DNA from: a phage
Strand: one strand, 5' to 3'
DNA length: 64,000 nt
NCBI GenBank assembly: GCA_014816185.1
Contig: GCA_014816185.1_4095.1
Shown here: positions 19,313-34,000 of the stretch, in pieces
Layout of the letters: every line of letters starts with the position of its first letter
Numbering within the stretch: the stretch's first letter is position 1
Program-made: the position numbers and the translations under genes
The notes under the pieces: generated by a model
Database searches by the model: none
The model's input: the letters and a program-made list of their open reading frames with translations, nothing else
Told to the model about the DNA's origin: nothing

Positions 19313-19912
19313 TTATAGTTGAACAGGAAGAGCAGCACGTACTTTAATTGCTACAGCAGTAGATGCACCTGCATCACCAACACCATCAGTACCTTGACTT
19401 ACGAAAGTTTTGGTACGGAAAACTTTAGCTTGAGCGATAGACTTAGCTAGGTCAACAGTTGGATCAACTGGAGCAGGACATGCTGAACCAGGACGAACTT
19501 CTTGCTTGTTAAATACGTCTTGACGTTCACAGATGAAAGTCAATGCAACAGAATTAGCACCACCTGCTACATCAGCACCACTAGTGCCGAACGCAACTAC
19601 GTTTGGATTAGCATTTTTGAAATCAGCAGGAATAACAACTTCTGAATCAAGAGCTAGTAGAGAGGTAGTAACTAGAACTGCACGTTGTTGTAGTAGTTGG
19701 GTAACCATGAATAGGTTATATTGAGCATTACTTAGAGCAGTTTGATACGCTTCAGCTTGAACATCAGAACCGTCAGAAGTAACTTTGGTAGTACCTAGTT
19801 CAACATCAGTTGGTAGATCGATTACGATGGTAACGAAACCGTTATTACCACCCCACCATTCGCGAGCAACGCTAGACATACCATAGTTACGGTTAAAAGA
19901 ATTAAGACTCAT
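19313..19912 (-). CDS. putative virion structural protein (paralogue B)
   Basis: 199 aa; RBS AAGGAGA; paralogous to 18609-19298; Gly/Ala/Val/Thr-rich. Confidence 0.6.
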   Translation of the reverse strand: MSLNSFNRNYGMSSVAREWWGGNNGFVTIVIDLPTDVELGTTKVTSDGSDVQAEAYQTALSNAQYNLFMVTQLLQQRAVLVTTSLLALDSEVVIPADFKNANPNVVAFGTSGADVAGGANSVALTFICERQDVFNKQEVRPGSACPAPVDPTVDLAKSIAQAKVFRTKTFVSQGTDGVGDAGASTAVAIKVRAALPVQL

Positions 19913-20035
19913 GAAAATCTCCTTGTCAAATTTTGTGCAGGTATATCCTGCTTAAAGTTATTTATCAAAAAATATCACTAGCATTTAAATTTACTGAGAT
20001 ATTTAATGAATTTCTATGATATTATTTATCAAATC

Positions 20036-20064
20036 TGGGAAAGTGATTCAAGATGTGCTATAAT
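20036..20064 (+). promoter_or_regulatory. early promoter with extended -10 (TGcTATAAT)
   Basis: TGGGAA 20036-20041, 17-nt spacer, TGC+TATAAT 20056-20064; palindrome CAATGA-aaa-TCATTG 20069-20083 just downstream. Confidence 0.45.
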
Positions 20065-20073
20065 TATCAATGA

Positions 20074-25331
<5,258 letters not shown>

Positions 25332-25342
25332 TTAAAAAAATA

Positions 25343-25371
25343 TGGGACAGTATAAAAACCTGTGCTATAAT
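25343..25371 (+). promoter_or_regulatory. promoter (TGGGAC -35, TGcTATAAT extended -10)
   Basis: TGGGAC 25343-25348, 17-nt spacer, TGC+TATAAT 25363-25371. Confidence 0.45.
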
Positions 25372-25458
25372 GTAAAACGTTGAAGGAACAATGAAGTTTC
25401 TGAAACATTGAAGCCAATTAACAAATAACAAAGAAACCCAAAATCAAGGAAGATATAT

Positions 25459-26511
25459 ATGAAATCTCTAGCTGAAATTCGTGCACACCTAAAAGCAGAA
25501 CAAGAAAAAGCAGAAGCTCAAAAGAATGGTACATTTACTGGCGAGCGTAAAGCTGATTCGTTCTTAGCTTTCTGGAACGTACCTTATAACGAACCACTAA
25601 ACCTACGTTTTCTACCAGATGCAGATGAGTCTAACCCATTCTTCTGGCGTGAACGTGACATGATTAACCTAACTTTCAATGGTGTAGTCGGTATGCACAC
25701 TGATAAAGTTACCGTTCAAGTACCTTGTAACGAAATGTGGGTTCCTAAATCCTGTCCGGTTCTGAAAGAAGTACGTCAATGGTTCCAAAGTGCGAATGAA
25801 ACAGGGAACGAAGAACTAAAAGCAATGGCTGGTCGTTACTGGAAGAAGAAAACCTATCTAATGCAATGTTTTATTGCTCCTGATAGCGTTGCAGTAAAAG
25901 ACGACATTGCACCAGAAAATCCAATTCGTCGTATTCTGGCTAACAAAGATATCTTTGATAAAGTTAAATCCATCCTGCTAAACCCAGGCATCAAAGAGTC
26001 TCCAACTCACTACGTTCAAGGTCGTGATTTTGGTATTGTTAAAACTAAGAATGGTGGTGGTTATAATAGCTACGACATGTCTCAATTCTCCATGTCTGAG
26101 CGTCCACTAAACGAAGAAGAACTAGCAGCAATTGAAAAATATGGCCTATACAATCTAAATGATTTTATGCCAAAACAACCAACTCCAGAAGAGTTGAAAG
26201 CAATTGAAGAAATGTTCGAAGCATCAGTAAATGGTGAAGCATATGATCCAGCACGTTGGGCATTTGCATATCGTCCAGCAGGTGTACCAAAACCTAACTC
26301 TGGAACTGTTACTGAATCAAAACCAACTCCTGCTCCAGTACAACAAGAGTCAGCACCTGCACCAGTAGCACCTACTGCTCCAGTTACACCAGCCCCACAA
26401 GCTGCTCCAGTAACTCCAGTCGCTACCCCAGCAGCAACCACTCCTGAAGCACCAAAAGAACAACTATCTGCATCTGCACTAGTTGCTCGTTTGAAACAAC
26501 AAGGTAAGTAA
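25459..26511 (+). CDS. gp32: single-stranded DNA-binding protein (T4 gp32-like)
   Basis: 350 aa; KKKTYLMQCFIAPDSVAVKDDIAPENPIRRILANKDIFDKV aligns with remembered T4 gp32 ([38 protein letters not shown]); His/Cys cluster; Pro/Ala/Thr-rich C-terminal tail. Confidence 0.85.
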   Translation: MKSLAEIRAHLKAEQEKAEAQKNGTFTGERKADSFLAFWNVPYNEPLNLRFLPDADESNPFFWRERDMINLTFNGVVGMHTDKVTVQVPCNEMWVPKSCPVLKEVRQWFQSANETGNEELKAMAGRYWKKKTYLMQCFIAPDSVAVKDDIAPENPIRRILANKDIFDKVKSILLNPGIKESPTHYVQGRDFGIVKTKNGGGYNSYDMSQFSMSERPLNEEELAAIEKYGLYNLNDFMPKQPTPEELKAIEEMFEASVNGEAYDPARWAFAYRPAGVPKPNSGTVTESKPTPAPVQQESAPAPVAPTAPVTPAPQAAPVTPVATPAATTPEAPKEQLSASALVARLKQQGK

Positions 26512-26529
26512 TAGTTTTTGAAAAGTTAA

Positions 26530-26558
26530 GGGGCAACGGAGTTTGCCCCGTTTTATTT
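26530..26558 (+). terminator. Rho-independent terminator
   Basis: GGGGCAA-cggagt-TTGCCCC followed by GTTTTATTT. Confidence 0.75.
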
Positions 26559-26580
26559 CATAAAATTCAAGGAGCGAATT

Positions 26581-27699
26581 ATGAAAATGACAAGTGGTTT
26601 TGCGAACATTCTTAAAAACAGTACTGGTAGTGTTAAAAAGAATACTGGTGTTAGTGTTGGTTTTCATGATCCAGATACATGGGTTAGTACTGGTAACTAT
26701 GCACTAAATTATCGCATCAGTGGCTATTTTGACCGTGGTATCCCACTAGGCAAAGTAACGATGTTTGCTGGTGAATCAGGTAGTGGTAAATCTTTTATCG
26801 TATCTGGTAATATTGCACGTGAAGCTCAAAAACAAGGCATCTTTGTTGTTATGATTGACTCAGAGAACGCATTGGATTCAGATTGGCTTCAAGCACTTGG
26901 TGTTGACACTTCTGAAGAAAAACTTTTGAAAGTCAATATGGGTATGATTGGTGACGTTGCAAAATTCACCTATGAGTTCATTGAAGGATATCGTAAAGAA
27001 TACGAAAATACACCTAAAGATGAACGTCAAAAAGTATTGTTTATTATTGATTCAATTGGTATGCTAAACACTGAAGTAGCCAATGATCAAATGAAAGCGG
27101 GTAACCTTAAAGGTGACATGGGTCATAAACCCAAACAGCTTAAAGCATATATCACAAACTGTGTAAACTCTATTGGTTCATTGAACATTGGTATGGTTTG
27201 CGTTAACCACAGTTATGAATCTCAGGACATGTTTAACCCAGATCCTAAAGTTTCAGGTGGTAGTGGTTTGATTTATGCTTCATCTATGGTTATCGCAATG
27301 GGTAAATTAAAACTTAAAGAAGATGAAGACGGAAATAAAACTTCCGAAGTAAATGGTATTCGTGCTAAATGTAAAGTCATGAAGACTCGTTACAACAAGC
27401 CGTTTGAAGATGTAGAAATTAAAATTCCTTGGGATAAAGGTATGGACCCACGTAGTGGTCTACTAGATATGTTTGAAAAATACGGTCTAATCACTAAATC
27501 AGGTAACCGTCTATTGTATGTTGATATTGTAACTGGCGAACAGATTCTAAAATATCGCAAAGAGTGGATGCGTAATGAAGATTCATGTCTTGATTTGGTA
27601 ATGCATCAATTTAAAAATCATCCTTTGATTGAAGAAGTTAAAGAAGAAGAAAAAGGTGATGAAACTTTTGGTACTGATGTGGATATTAGTGAGGAATAA
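26581..27699 (+). CDS. uvsX: UvsX recombinase (RecA-like)
   Basis: 372 aa; Walker A GESGSGKS; SGLLDMFEKYGLI aligns with remembered T4 UvsX SGLLDMALELGFV. Confidence 0.92.
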   Translation: MKMTSGFANILKNSTGSVKKNTGVSVGFHDPDTWVSTGNYALNYRISGYFDRGIPLGKVTMFAGESGSGKSFIVSGNIAREAQKQGIFVVMIDSENALDSDWLQALGVDTSEEKLLKVNMGMIGDVAKFTYEFIEGYRKEYENTPKDERQKVLFIIDSIGMLNTEVANDQMKAGNLKGDMGHKPKQLKAYITNCVNSIGSLNIGMVCVNHSYESQDMFNPDPKVSGGSGLIYASSMVIAMGKLKLKEDEDGNKTSEVNGIRAKCKVMKTRYNKPFEDVEIKIPWDKGMDPRSGLLDMFEKYGLITKSGNRLLYVDIVTGEQILKYRKEWMRNEDSCLDLVMHQFKNHPLIEEVKEEEKGDETFGTDVDISEE

Positions 27700-28160
27700 T
27701 GAAACCTTGGCATTGGATTATCAAAGATGATAAATCTAAAATTATTGAAATGATTGAGTTCTTTAACAAAGAAGTTGAAGAAGCTCGTCGTGAAGTAAAG
27801 AAGATTGGCATCATTGAAAAAATTGCTCAAGAGATTCCTGGCTGGCATGAGACGCGTCTAAGCCAGCTTCAAGAACTTGAAGCAGTATTGGAAATGTTAG
27901 AAATTGAAATGCGTCAGGTACAAGCCGAGAAGTTCAAATACTTTCTCGAAGGATACCGCCGTGCACTATCTTCATCTGACTGTAAAAAGTATGTTGAAGG
28001 TGATAAAGATGTTTGTGAGTTAGCAGAACTTATAAACGAGGTATCTTATATAAGAAATACATATTCAAGTATTGTTAAATCCTTAGAGATGAAAGCTTTT
28101 CAGTTAAACAATATTGTGAGACTACGTGCCGCTGGTATTGAGGATGCACGTTTAGAATAA
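27699..28160 (+). CDS. hypothetical protein; possible UvsY-like recombination mediator
   Basis: 153 aa, start overlaps uvsX stop; C-terminal GDKDV ... KS ... RLRAAG loosely resembles remembered T4 UvsY; weak. Confidence 0.35.
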   Translation: MKPWHWIIKDDKSKIIEMIEFFNKEVEEARREVKKIGIIEKIAQEIPGWHETRLSQLQELEAVLEMLEIEMRQVQAEKFKYFLEGYRRALSSSDCKKYVEGDKDVCELAELINEVSYIRNTYSSIVKSLEMKAFQLNNIVRLRAAGIEDARLE

Positions 28161-28168
28161 TTATCATT

Positions 28169-28193
28169 AAGGACGCATATCGCGTCCTTTTTC
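28169..28193 (+). terminator. Rho-independent terminator
   Basis: AGGACGC-atat-GCGTCCT followed by TTTTTCT. Confidence 0.7.
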
Positions 28194-28207
28194 TATGCGA
28201 GAATAAA

Positions 28208-29026
28208 ATGACAAAATTAAATGAGTTTTTATCAAATGTAGCAGTTCTAGATACTGAAACTACTGGGGTTGAGAGTGAAGATGATATTATTGAATTTAGT
28301 ATCTCGTATCCACATACTTCACATGAAAACATTGATACTATTGATAACTATACATTGAGATACAAACCCTTGAAAGATATTCCACCAGAGGCATCTGCTG
28401 TGCACTTTATCAGTACTGAGGATGTAGCTAATTGTGTTGGGTATAAAGATGATTTAGATAACATTGATGCACTTATGGGATGCCGTAAGTATTTTGTTGG
28501 TCATAATGTACAATTTGACCGTAGAATGATGGTAGATAACGAATATAAATATCGTAACTCAATTTCACAGTACTTACTTGATGAAAATAAATGGATTTGT
28601 ACCCTTCGTCTTGCTAAGAAAATGTTCGCAGAAGATATTGAATTTAAAAACTTAACTCTAAGTTATTTGTGGTATAAGTTTGGATGTTATCGTGATGTTC
28701 ATCGACCTGTTAATGCACACGCAGCAAAAGACGATGTGTTCATGTGTTATCAGGTTCTAATCAAATTAGTTGAAATTGCAATCGAACGTGGACATATTGA
28801 ACCTAATGGTGATATTGGTGAGCAAATTGTAACTTTCTGCAACACACCAATGCGTTATCAATTCATGCCATTTGGTAAACACAAAGGTGAGCCAATGAGT
28901 ACAGTTCCATTGAATTACATTGAATGGATGATTGCTAATAGTGACATTTTAGATGCAAGTAACCCTAACTGTGATAAAGATTTAGTATATACATTTGAGT
29001 ACGAATATAATACTCGAACTAATTAA
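28208..29026 (+). CDS. dexA: DEDDh 3'-5' exonuclease (DnaQ/DexA-like)
   Basis: 272 aa; Exo I VLDTETTG, Exo II FVGHNVQFDRRMM, Exo III H-x4-D (HAAKDDV). Confidence 0.8.
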   Translation: MTKLNEFLSNVAVLDTETTGVESEDDIIEFSISYPHTSHENIDTIDNYTLRYKPLKDIPPEASAVHFISTEDVANCVGYKDDLDNIDALMGCRKYFVGHNVQFDRRMMVDNEYKYRNSISQYLLDENKWICTLRLAKKMFAEDIEFKNLTLSYLWYKFGCYRDVHRPVNAHAAKDDVFMCYQVLIKLVEIAIERGHIEPNGDIGEQIVTFCNTPMRYQFMPFGKHKGEPMSTVPLNYIEWMIANSDILDASNPNCDKDLVYTFEYEYNTRTN

Positions 29027-29041
29027 TAAAGGTAATCATGG

Positions 29042-30526
29042 ATGAAAACTTGTAAGTTAACCTTATTGGATGAGGTGAATTGTAAATTTGAGGGACTTGA
29101 TCCCTCAATTAGACAAAAGATGATTCGTGCAACTGAATATGTGTTACCATATGCAAAGTTCACACCAGCAGGACGTATTGGACGTTGGGATGGTAAAGTT
29201 CAGTTTATGAATTTAGGCGGGACAACTTATTATCATATGTTAGATAAGTTATTGCCTATTCTTGATGAAGCTAAGATTGACATTGAATTAGTAGATCATA
29301 GGGTAGATTATGGATTTAAATTTGACCCCATTGATGAAGATATTTTTAGTGATGTTGTATTCGGTGCAGGACACCACATGGAAGGTAAATCCATAAAACT
29401 ACGTGAACATCAAGTTAATGCGGTTAATGCATGTTTGGCTAATCCACACGGACTGCTATTGGCAGCTACTGGTGCAGGTAAAACTCTCATTACTGCTGCA
29501 TTGTCAAAGAAAGTGCAAGAGTATGGACGTTCTGTTATAATAGTACCAAGTACTGACTTAGTACAACAAACATATGATGACTACATTATGTGTGGGTTGG
29601 ATACTGGCATGTTCTATGGTTCACAAAAAGATTTTGGTCACCAACATACTATTACGACTTGGCAATCATTTAACTCTCTATGGAAGAAAACCAAGAAAGG
29701 TGAAATTGAATTAACTGAACAAGACGTGAATGATTTTATCGATGGAGTAGTTTGTGTTATCGTTGATGAGTGTCAAGGTGCAGGCGGTGACGCATTAGTT
29801 CAAGTACTTTCTAAAGTTATGAATAACGTACCATTACGTTGGGGTCTTACTGGAACAATTCCTAAAGATCCGGTAGTTGCCGCGAAAATCAAATGTAATG
29901 TTGGTGATGTTATATTTAAAATAACTGCAAAGGAATTACAAGATAAACAAATACTAAGTACATGTAATGTGAATTGCATCAAACTAAAAAGTAGTATGAA
30001 GTTTGCATCATATGCTGAAGAGTTGAAATACTTAGTAACTGACAGAGATAGGATGGCATATGTAGCGTCATTGATATCTGCGTTATCTGAATCAGGAAAC
30101 ACTTTAGTTTTAGTAGATAGACTTGAAGCAGGTGAGTTGCTATGTGAATTTTTAGGCATTCCCAAATCAGAATTCGTTCGTGGAGAAACTAAAAAGAAAG
30201 ATCGAGAATCATCTTATGGTGAAATTCGTTGGGCTGATAATAAAATACTTATTGCGACATACGGCGTTGCCAGTACTGGTATTAGTATTTCAAGGTTATA
30301 TAATGTAGTATTGATTGAGCCAGGAAAAAGTTTTGTAAGAACTATACAGTCAATTGGACGTGGATTACGCCGAGCAGAAGATAAAGACCACGTAGAAATA
30401 TATGATATTAGTGGTTCTAATAAGTATAGTGCCAAGCATTTACGAGAACGTTTAGCTTACTATAAGGAAGCACAATATCCTCATAGTATAATAGATGTTA
30501 AAGATTGGGAAAACACAGCGGGATAA
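29042..30526 (+). CDS. uvsW: UvsW SF2 helicase
   Basis: 494 aa; Walker A ATGAGKT, DExx VIVDECQ; RIGRWDGKVQFM and GVASTGISISRLYNVVL ... TIQSIGRGLR align with remembered T4 UvsW. Confidence 0.88.
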   Translation: MKTCKLTLLDEVNCKFEGLDPSIRQKMIRATEYVLPYAKFTPAGRIGRWDGKVQFMNLGGTTYYHMLDKLLPILDEAKIDIELVDHRVDYGFKFDPIDEDIFSDVVFGAGHHMEGKSIKLREHQVNAVNACLANPHGLLLAATGAGKTLITAALSKKVQEYGRSVIIVPSTDLVQQTYDDYIMCGLDTGMFYGSQKDFGHQHTITTWQSFNSLWKKTKKGEIELTEQDVNDFIDGVVCVIVDECQGAGGDALVQVLSKVMNNVPLRWGLTGTIPKDPVVAAKIKCNVGDVIFKITAKELQDKQILSTCNVNCIKLKSSMKFASYAEELKYLVTDRDRMAYVASLISALSESGNTLVLVDRLEAGELLCEFLGIPKSEFVRGETKKKDRESSYGEIRWADNKILIATYGVASTGISISRLYNVVLIEPGKSFVRTIQSIGRGLRRAEDKDHVEIYDISGSNKYSAKHLRERLAYYKEAQYPHSIIDVKDWENTAG

Positions 30527-30537
30527 ACCCGCTGTTT
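30516..30537 (+). terminator. terminator-like hairpin
   Basis: CAGCGGG-ataaa-CCCGCTG followed by TTTG; overlaps a TGaTATAAT element at 30539-30547. Confidence 0.45.
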
Positions 30538-30581
30538 GTGATATAATGTGTCATATGACAACAACAAGGATGTAAAATAAA

Positions 30582-31010
30582 ATGGAATTGAGATCTAGTA
30601 TTGCTTTTATTTGTGACCAAGAAACTTTAGAAGTTATGGATGTATTGTTGAACGATGATGGTATTATGGATGACATGGTATCTTCTCTTGACTATATACC
30701 TGAGCTAGAAACGGATGATACTAACGTATGGAGATGTAATATTGATAGTGATTCTTGGATTAATATCTATGAATTACAGACACGAATTGATTCTAAAGTA
30801 GAATCATTGAAATATGATATCATCTATGCAAGTACTGACACGAAAACTTTTATTGATGTAGTAAGTCTAAGTGGTAATTTTGATTCATATCTGGATACTG
30901 ATGTAGATAAAATTCAAGAGATGTGTGAAACTTATGGACTTGAATTTTATGGGGTAGAAGACCAAGATGATGAAGAATATTATGATGACGAAGAAGATTC
31001 GCAGTACTAA
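30582..31010 (+). CDS. acidic hypothetical protein (142 aa)
   Basis: Complete ORF, Asp/Glu-rich C-terminus. Confidence 0.5.
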   Translation: MELRSSIAFICDQETLEVMDVLLNDDGIMDDMVSSLDYIPELETDDTNVWRCNIDSDSWINIYELQTRIDSKVESLKYDIIYASTDTKTFIDVVSLSGNFDSYLDTDVDKIQEMCETYGLEFYGVEDQDDEEYYDDEEDSQY

Positions 31011-31019
31011 GGAGATGAC

Positions 31020-31517
31020 ATGAACGTATTAACACCTGAAAATAATTCTTTTGACATGGATTTAGTAACAGAACATATCCCTGAAGAAATGTATTGTGTT
31101 TTGGATCTAAGCCCAAATGGTGAATCTGATTTTTATTTTAGACATATTCTAAACACCGTATCATTTAATAGTATTAGTGCTGATCTTCAAATTGGTGAAA
31201 AGATTATTCAAGTGCCTCTAGGATGGCAAATTATGTTAGGTGATGAAGAAACTGGTATGGTTGAGATGTGTACAATTGAAAACATTCTTAACATGAAAGA
31301 ACCAAAAGCTTTTGTTTACAATCCTATCCGTTCAATGTATCCTAAGTTTGAACCAGTCAAAGTACTACGTGTATTTGCATTAACTACAAAGTGGCAGATA
31401 CCAATGTTGCCTAAAAAGAATTTACTATGCGTCCCACTACATAGTGGTGAAAATCCACCATGTGTGTACTTTGCAGATGAAAACGAAAAAATTCAAGATT
31501 TGTATCTAGGAGTATAA
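31020..31517 (+). CDS. hypothetical protein (165 aa)
   Basis: Complete ORF with RBS AAGGAG. Confidence 0.5.
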   Translation: MNVLTPENNSFDMDLVTEHIPEEMYCVLDLSPNGESDFYFRHILNTVSFNSISADLQIGEKIIQVPLGWQIMLGDEETGMVEMCTIENILNMKEPKAFVYNPIRSMYPKFEPVKVLRVFALTTKWQIPMLPKKNLLCVPLHSGENPPCVYFADENEKIQDLYLGV

Positions 31518-31521
31518 AATA

Positions 31522-32367
31522 GTGTTTGATTTCAGTAATATTAAAAATAAGTCGGTCGATGATGATGAAAAACCAACACAGCATTCTTTTTCTATTGCTG
31601 AATTTCTAAAACACATTGACCGTGCTGATTATAAGTACTATAATGACATGACCGAAAAAGAACGAAAAGAGTTTACTCCATATACTGTTTTGCGATGGGT
31701 AAGCTCTTTAGATGATTCGTTACAAGTAACCTACCCTAGTAGTAAAGTTGAAAGTGTATTTGGAAAATGGAAATCTGGTGGTAAAGAAGCACTGACTGAA
31801 CTAGTTACTGAATTAAAGTCTTCAGGGACAAATGTTTCATCAGTAACTAAGTACTGTCATAGTGATTATGATTGGCGTATTAAATTTGCAGTCCAATCAA
31901 AAGATGACGCACAAAAATTAATATCCTCAATGGTCGAATTTGGCGTATCAGGTTCCGAAATTGTTTCATTAGTAGATACTGAAGTTGTCAAATACCAACT
32001 TATTATGCTAAATGATATGGTTAATGATGGATTTTGGGATATGAAAGAACATCCAGAATTAGTATATCAGCTTATGTGTTCAGTCCATGATATGATTGGT
32101 GGACAAGAAATGCCACGTAACTGGTTAAACTTTTCTAAGAATTTCAAAAAGGCAAATAACGAATTATTTGAGTTAATTAAAAGCTCACAACCTGATACTA
32201 TATCTACTCAAATGAATGAAGATGAGTACAAAATTGTTCTATTGCAGTATGATAAAAAAACATTTGAGACATTTCTTGACAATAATGGTTTTCAAGATAA
32301 TGAAAAGAAATCTATGATGAAATTGTTTAAAGAAGAATGTAAAAAATATGGCAAAGAAATCAAGTAA
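31522..32367 (+). CDS. hypothetical protein (281 aa, GTG start)
   Basis: GTG at 31522 preceded by GGAG. Confidence 0.5.
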   Translation: MFDFSNIKNKSVDDDEKPTQHSFSIAEFLKHIDRADYKYYNDMTEKERKEFTPYTVLRWVSSLDDSLQVTYPSSKVESVFGKWKSGGKEALTELVTELKSSGTNVSSVTKYCHSDYDWRIKFAVQSKDDAQKLISSMVEFGVSGSEIVSLVDTEVVKYQLIMLNDMVNDGFWDMKEHPELVYQLMCSVHDMIGGQEMPRNWLNFSKNFKKANNELFELIKSSQPDTISTQMNEDEYKIVLLQYDKKTFETFLDNNGFQDNEKKSMMKLFKEECKKYGKEIK

Positions 32368-33058
32368 TCAAGTATATACCTGTAGATTTTGTGATCGTGA
32401 ATTTAAACGTGAAGAAACTGTAAACACACATAAATGTATAAAACGTGACCGATACGAAGACCGCCAAAGCCGCCAGATGATGGAGGCTTTTCGTATATAT
32501 ATGCAATTTATGGAATTGAATAAGTTCCCATTTAAAAAAGGCGTAGAGCCTTTTATTGCTTTTATAAAGTCAAAGTACTTTAATGATTTTTATAGTTTTG
32601 CCGAATACTATTTGAATAATAGAGATATTATTAATGTGGACGAGTTTGTAAAGTACTTGATTATCAATAACAAACCAATCACTGAATGGAGTACATATAA
32701 AGCAAAAGATGAATGGATATTAAAAACAATTCGTGCCGAGCACCCAAAAGAAGCAATTGCAAGAAGTGTTATCTCACTGGTTGAATGGGCTGAAAATTTG
32801 AATGTACAATGGAATACTTTCTTTGAAAATGTAAGTTCTGCCCGTGCAATTGCATGGATTGAGAGTGGTAAAATTTCACCTTGGATTATCTGGCTTGCTC
32901 CTAAAAAAAGTACTAATAAGTTTTTTAAAAAACTATCAAACTCAGAAATTGAATATATACTTAAATACATCGATCCAAGTTATTTTGAAATCAAAACTAT
33001 AAAATACAAAAAGGATTGTGATGAAATTAAGATTATGCTATGTGAGGCAGGATTATGA
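32348..33058 (+). CDS. hypothetical protein with N-terminal C2H2-like zinc finger
   Basis: 236 aa; CRFCDREFKREETVNTHKC. Confidence 0.5.
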   Translation: MAKKSSNQVYTCRFCDREFKREETVNTHKCIKRDRYEDRQSRQMMEAFRIYMQFMELNKFPFKKGVEPFIAFIKSKYFNDFYSFAEYYLNNRDIINVDEFVKYLIINNKPITEWSTYKAKDEWILKTIRAEHPKEAIARSVISLVEWAENLNVQWNTFFENVSSARAIAWIESGKISPWIIWLAPKKSTNKFFKKLSNSEIEYILKYIDPSYFEIKTIKYKKDCDEIKIMLCEAGL

Positions 33059-33384
33059 ATGGAAAAAGTATATATAATAAAATACCAGAAGGGTATGTAC
33101 CTGTACCTAAAGAACAAAAATCAAAACAAATATCTCTACTTAGACAAGGATCTATTACTGAAATAACTTTAGATGGTAAAACATTTCAAGTTCATGATCC
33201 TGCTCGTATTGAAAAAATTATTTCTTTGGTAGAAAGACACGAAGAACGCTTTTTCAGTTTAAGTCAAGAATTGGCAAAGACAAAACAAAATTGTAGATTA
33301 TTAGAGAATCAAATATCAACTTTGACTAATACAGTTAAACAGTTACAGGAGCAAATAAAAAATGCAGGATTCGACCGATTCTAA
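33055..33384 (+). CDS. hypothetical coiled-coil protein (109 aa)
   Basis: Complete ORF overlapping neighbours by 4 and 23 nt. Confidence 0.45.
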   Translation: MNGKSIYNKIPEGYVPVPKEQKSKQISLLRQGSITEITLDGKTFQVHDPARIEKIISLVERHEERFFSLSQELAKTKQNCRLLENQISTLTNTVKQLQEQIKNAGFDRF

Positions 33385-34000
33385 ACATTATAGAAAAGCC
33401 CGAACTGATATTGACATTGACTTCAAGGATAGTAAAAGCGTAATCGCTAAACTTCCATGTGTGCGAAGTACTGAAAAAATTACGGAGGATGGTTTAATCC
33501 CCCATAATAGTGGTGTTCATTTTGATAATATACCTATTGACCCAATCACTGGATTGGCAAGTATACAATATAAAGAAGCTGAAAGGTTAGGGTATCAAAA
33601 AGTTGATATTCTTTCACAGTCAGCTTACATGTATGTTCGTGATAGAGAGCATTTAAAAGAACTAATGAATCAGGAACCAAATTGGGATCTATTGTTAGAA
33701 CCCGAAATTGTAGAACATCTATCGCAAATTAAAAAACATGTAACTTTATTAAATGTATGGAAGCCTAAATCTATAGACGAACTAGCAATGTTTATTGCAA
33801 TGATTCGCCCAGGAAAAAGGCAGTGCCAAAGTATGAACACATGGGACGAAGTTAAAGCCACCATATGGGATTATAGTACTATCGGCACTGACCAAGCAGG
33901 AAATAAATTACGATATTTCAAAAAGCCACATGCTTACGCATATAGCTTAATGATTGTTGTACAACTAAATGCTTTAGTTGAACATCTTACTTCTTCTTAA
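33362..34000 (+). CDS. hypothetical protein with DnaE (Pol III alpha)-like motifs
   Basis: 212 aa; colinear motifs TDIDIDF, QKVDILSQ, AMIRPGK, YFKKPHAYAYSL resembling DnaE palm/finger motifs (PDFDVDF, KFDFLGL, LFRPGP, GFNKSHSAAYAL) at compressed spacing. Confidence 0.5.
   Translation: MQDSTDSKHYRKARTDIDIDFKDSKSVIAKLPCVRSTEKITEDGLIPHNSGVHFDNIPIDPITGLASIQYKEAERLGYQKVDILSQSAYMYVRDREHLKELMNQEPNWDLLLEPEIVEHLSQIKKHVTLLNVWKPKSIDELAMFIAMIRPGKRQCQSMNTWDEVKATIWDYSTIGTDQAGNKLRYFKKPHAYAYSLMIVVQLNALVEHLTSS

Noticed and set aside
26082-26441. Minus-strand 119-aa ORF antisense to the gp32-like C-terminus
   Set aside because: Generated by the GC-richer Pro/Ala repeat region; no independent evidence.
33373-33430. 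Possible frameshift fusing ORF 33055-33384 (ending FDRF) to the DnaE-like ORF 33362-34000
   Set aside because: Only a 4-residue coincidence with DnaE FERF; the upstream ORF is coiled-coil-like with no other polymerase similarity.
33362-34000. Alternative identity of the 212-aa ORF as the late sigma factor gp55
   Set aside because: I could not reliably recall the gp55 sequence to support it; the DnaE-like motif series is more concrete, but this alternative needs a profile search.
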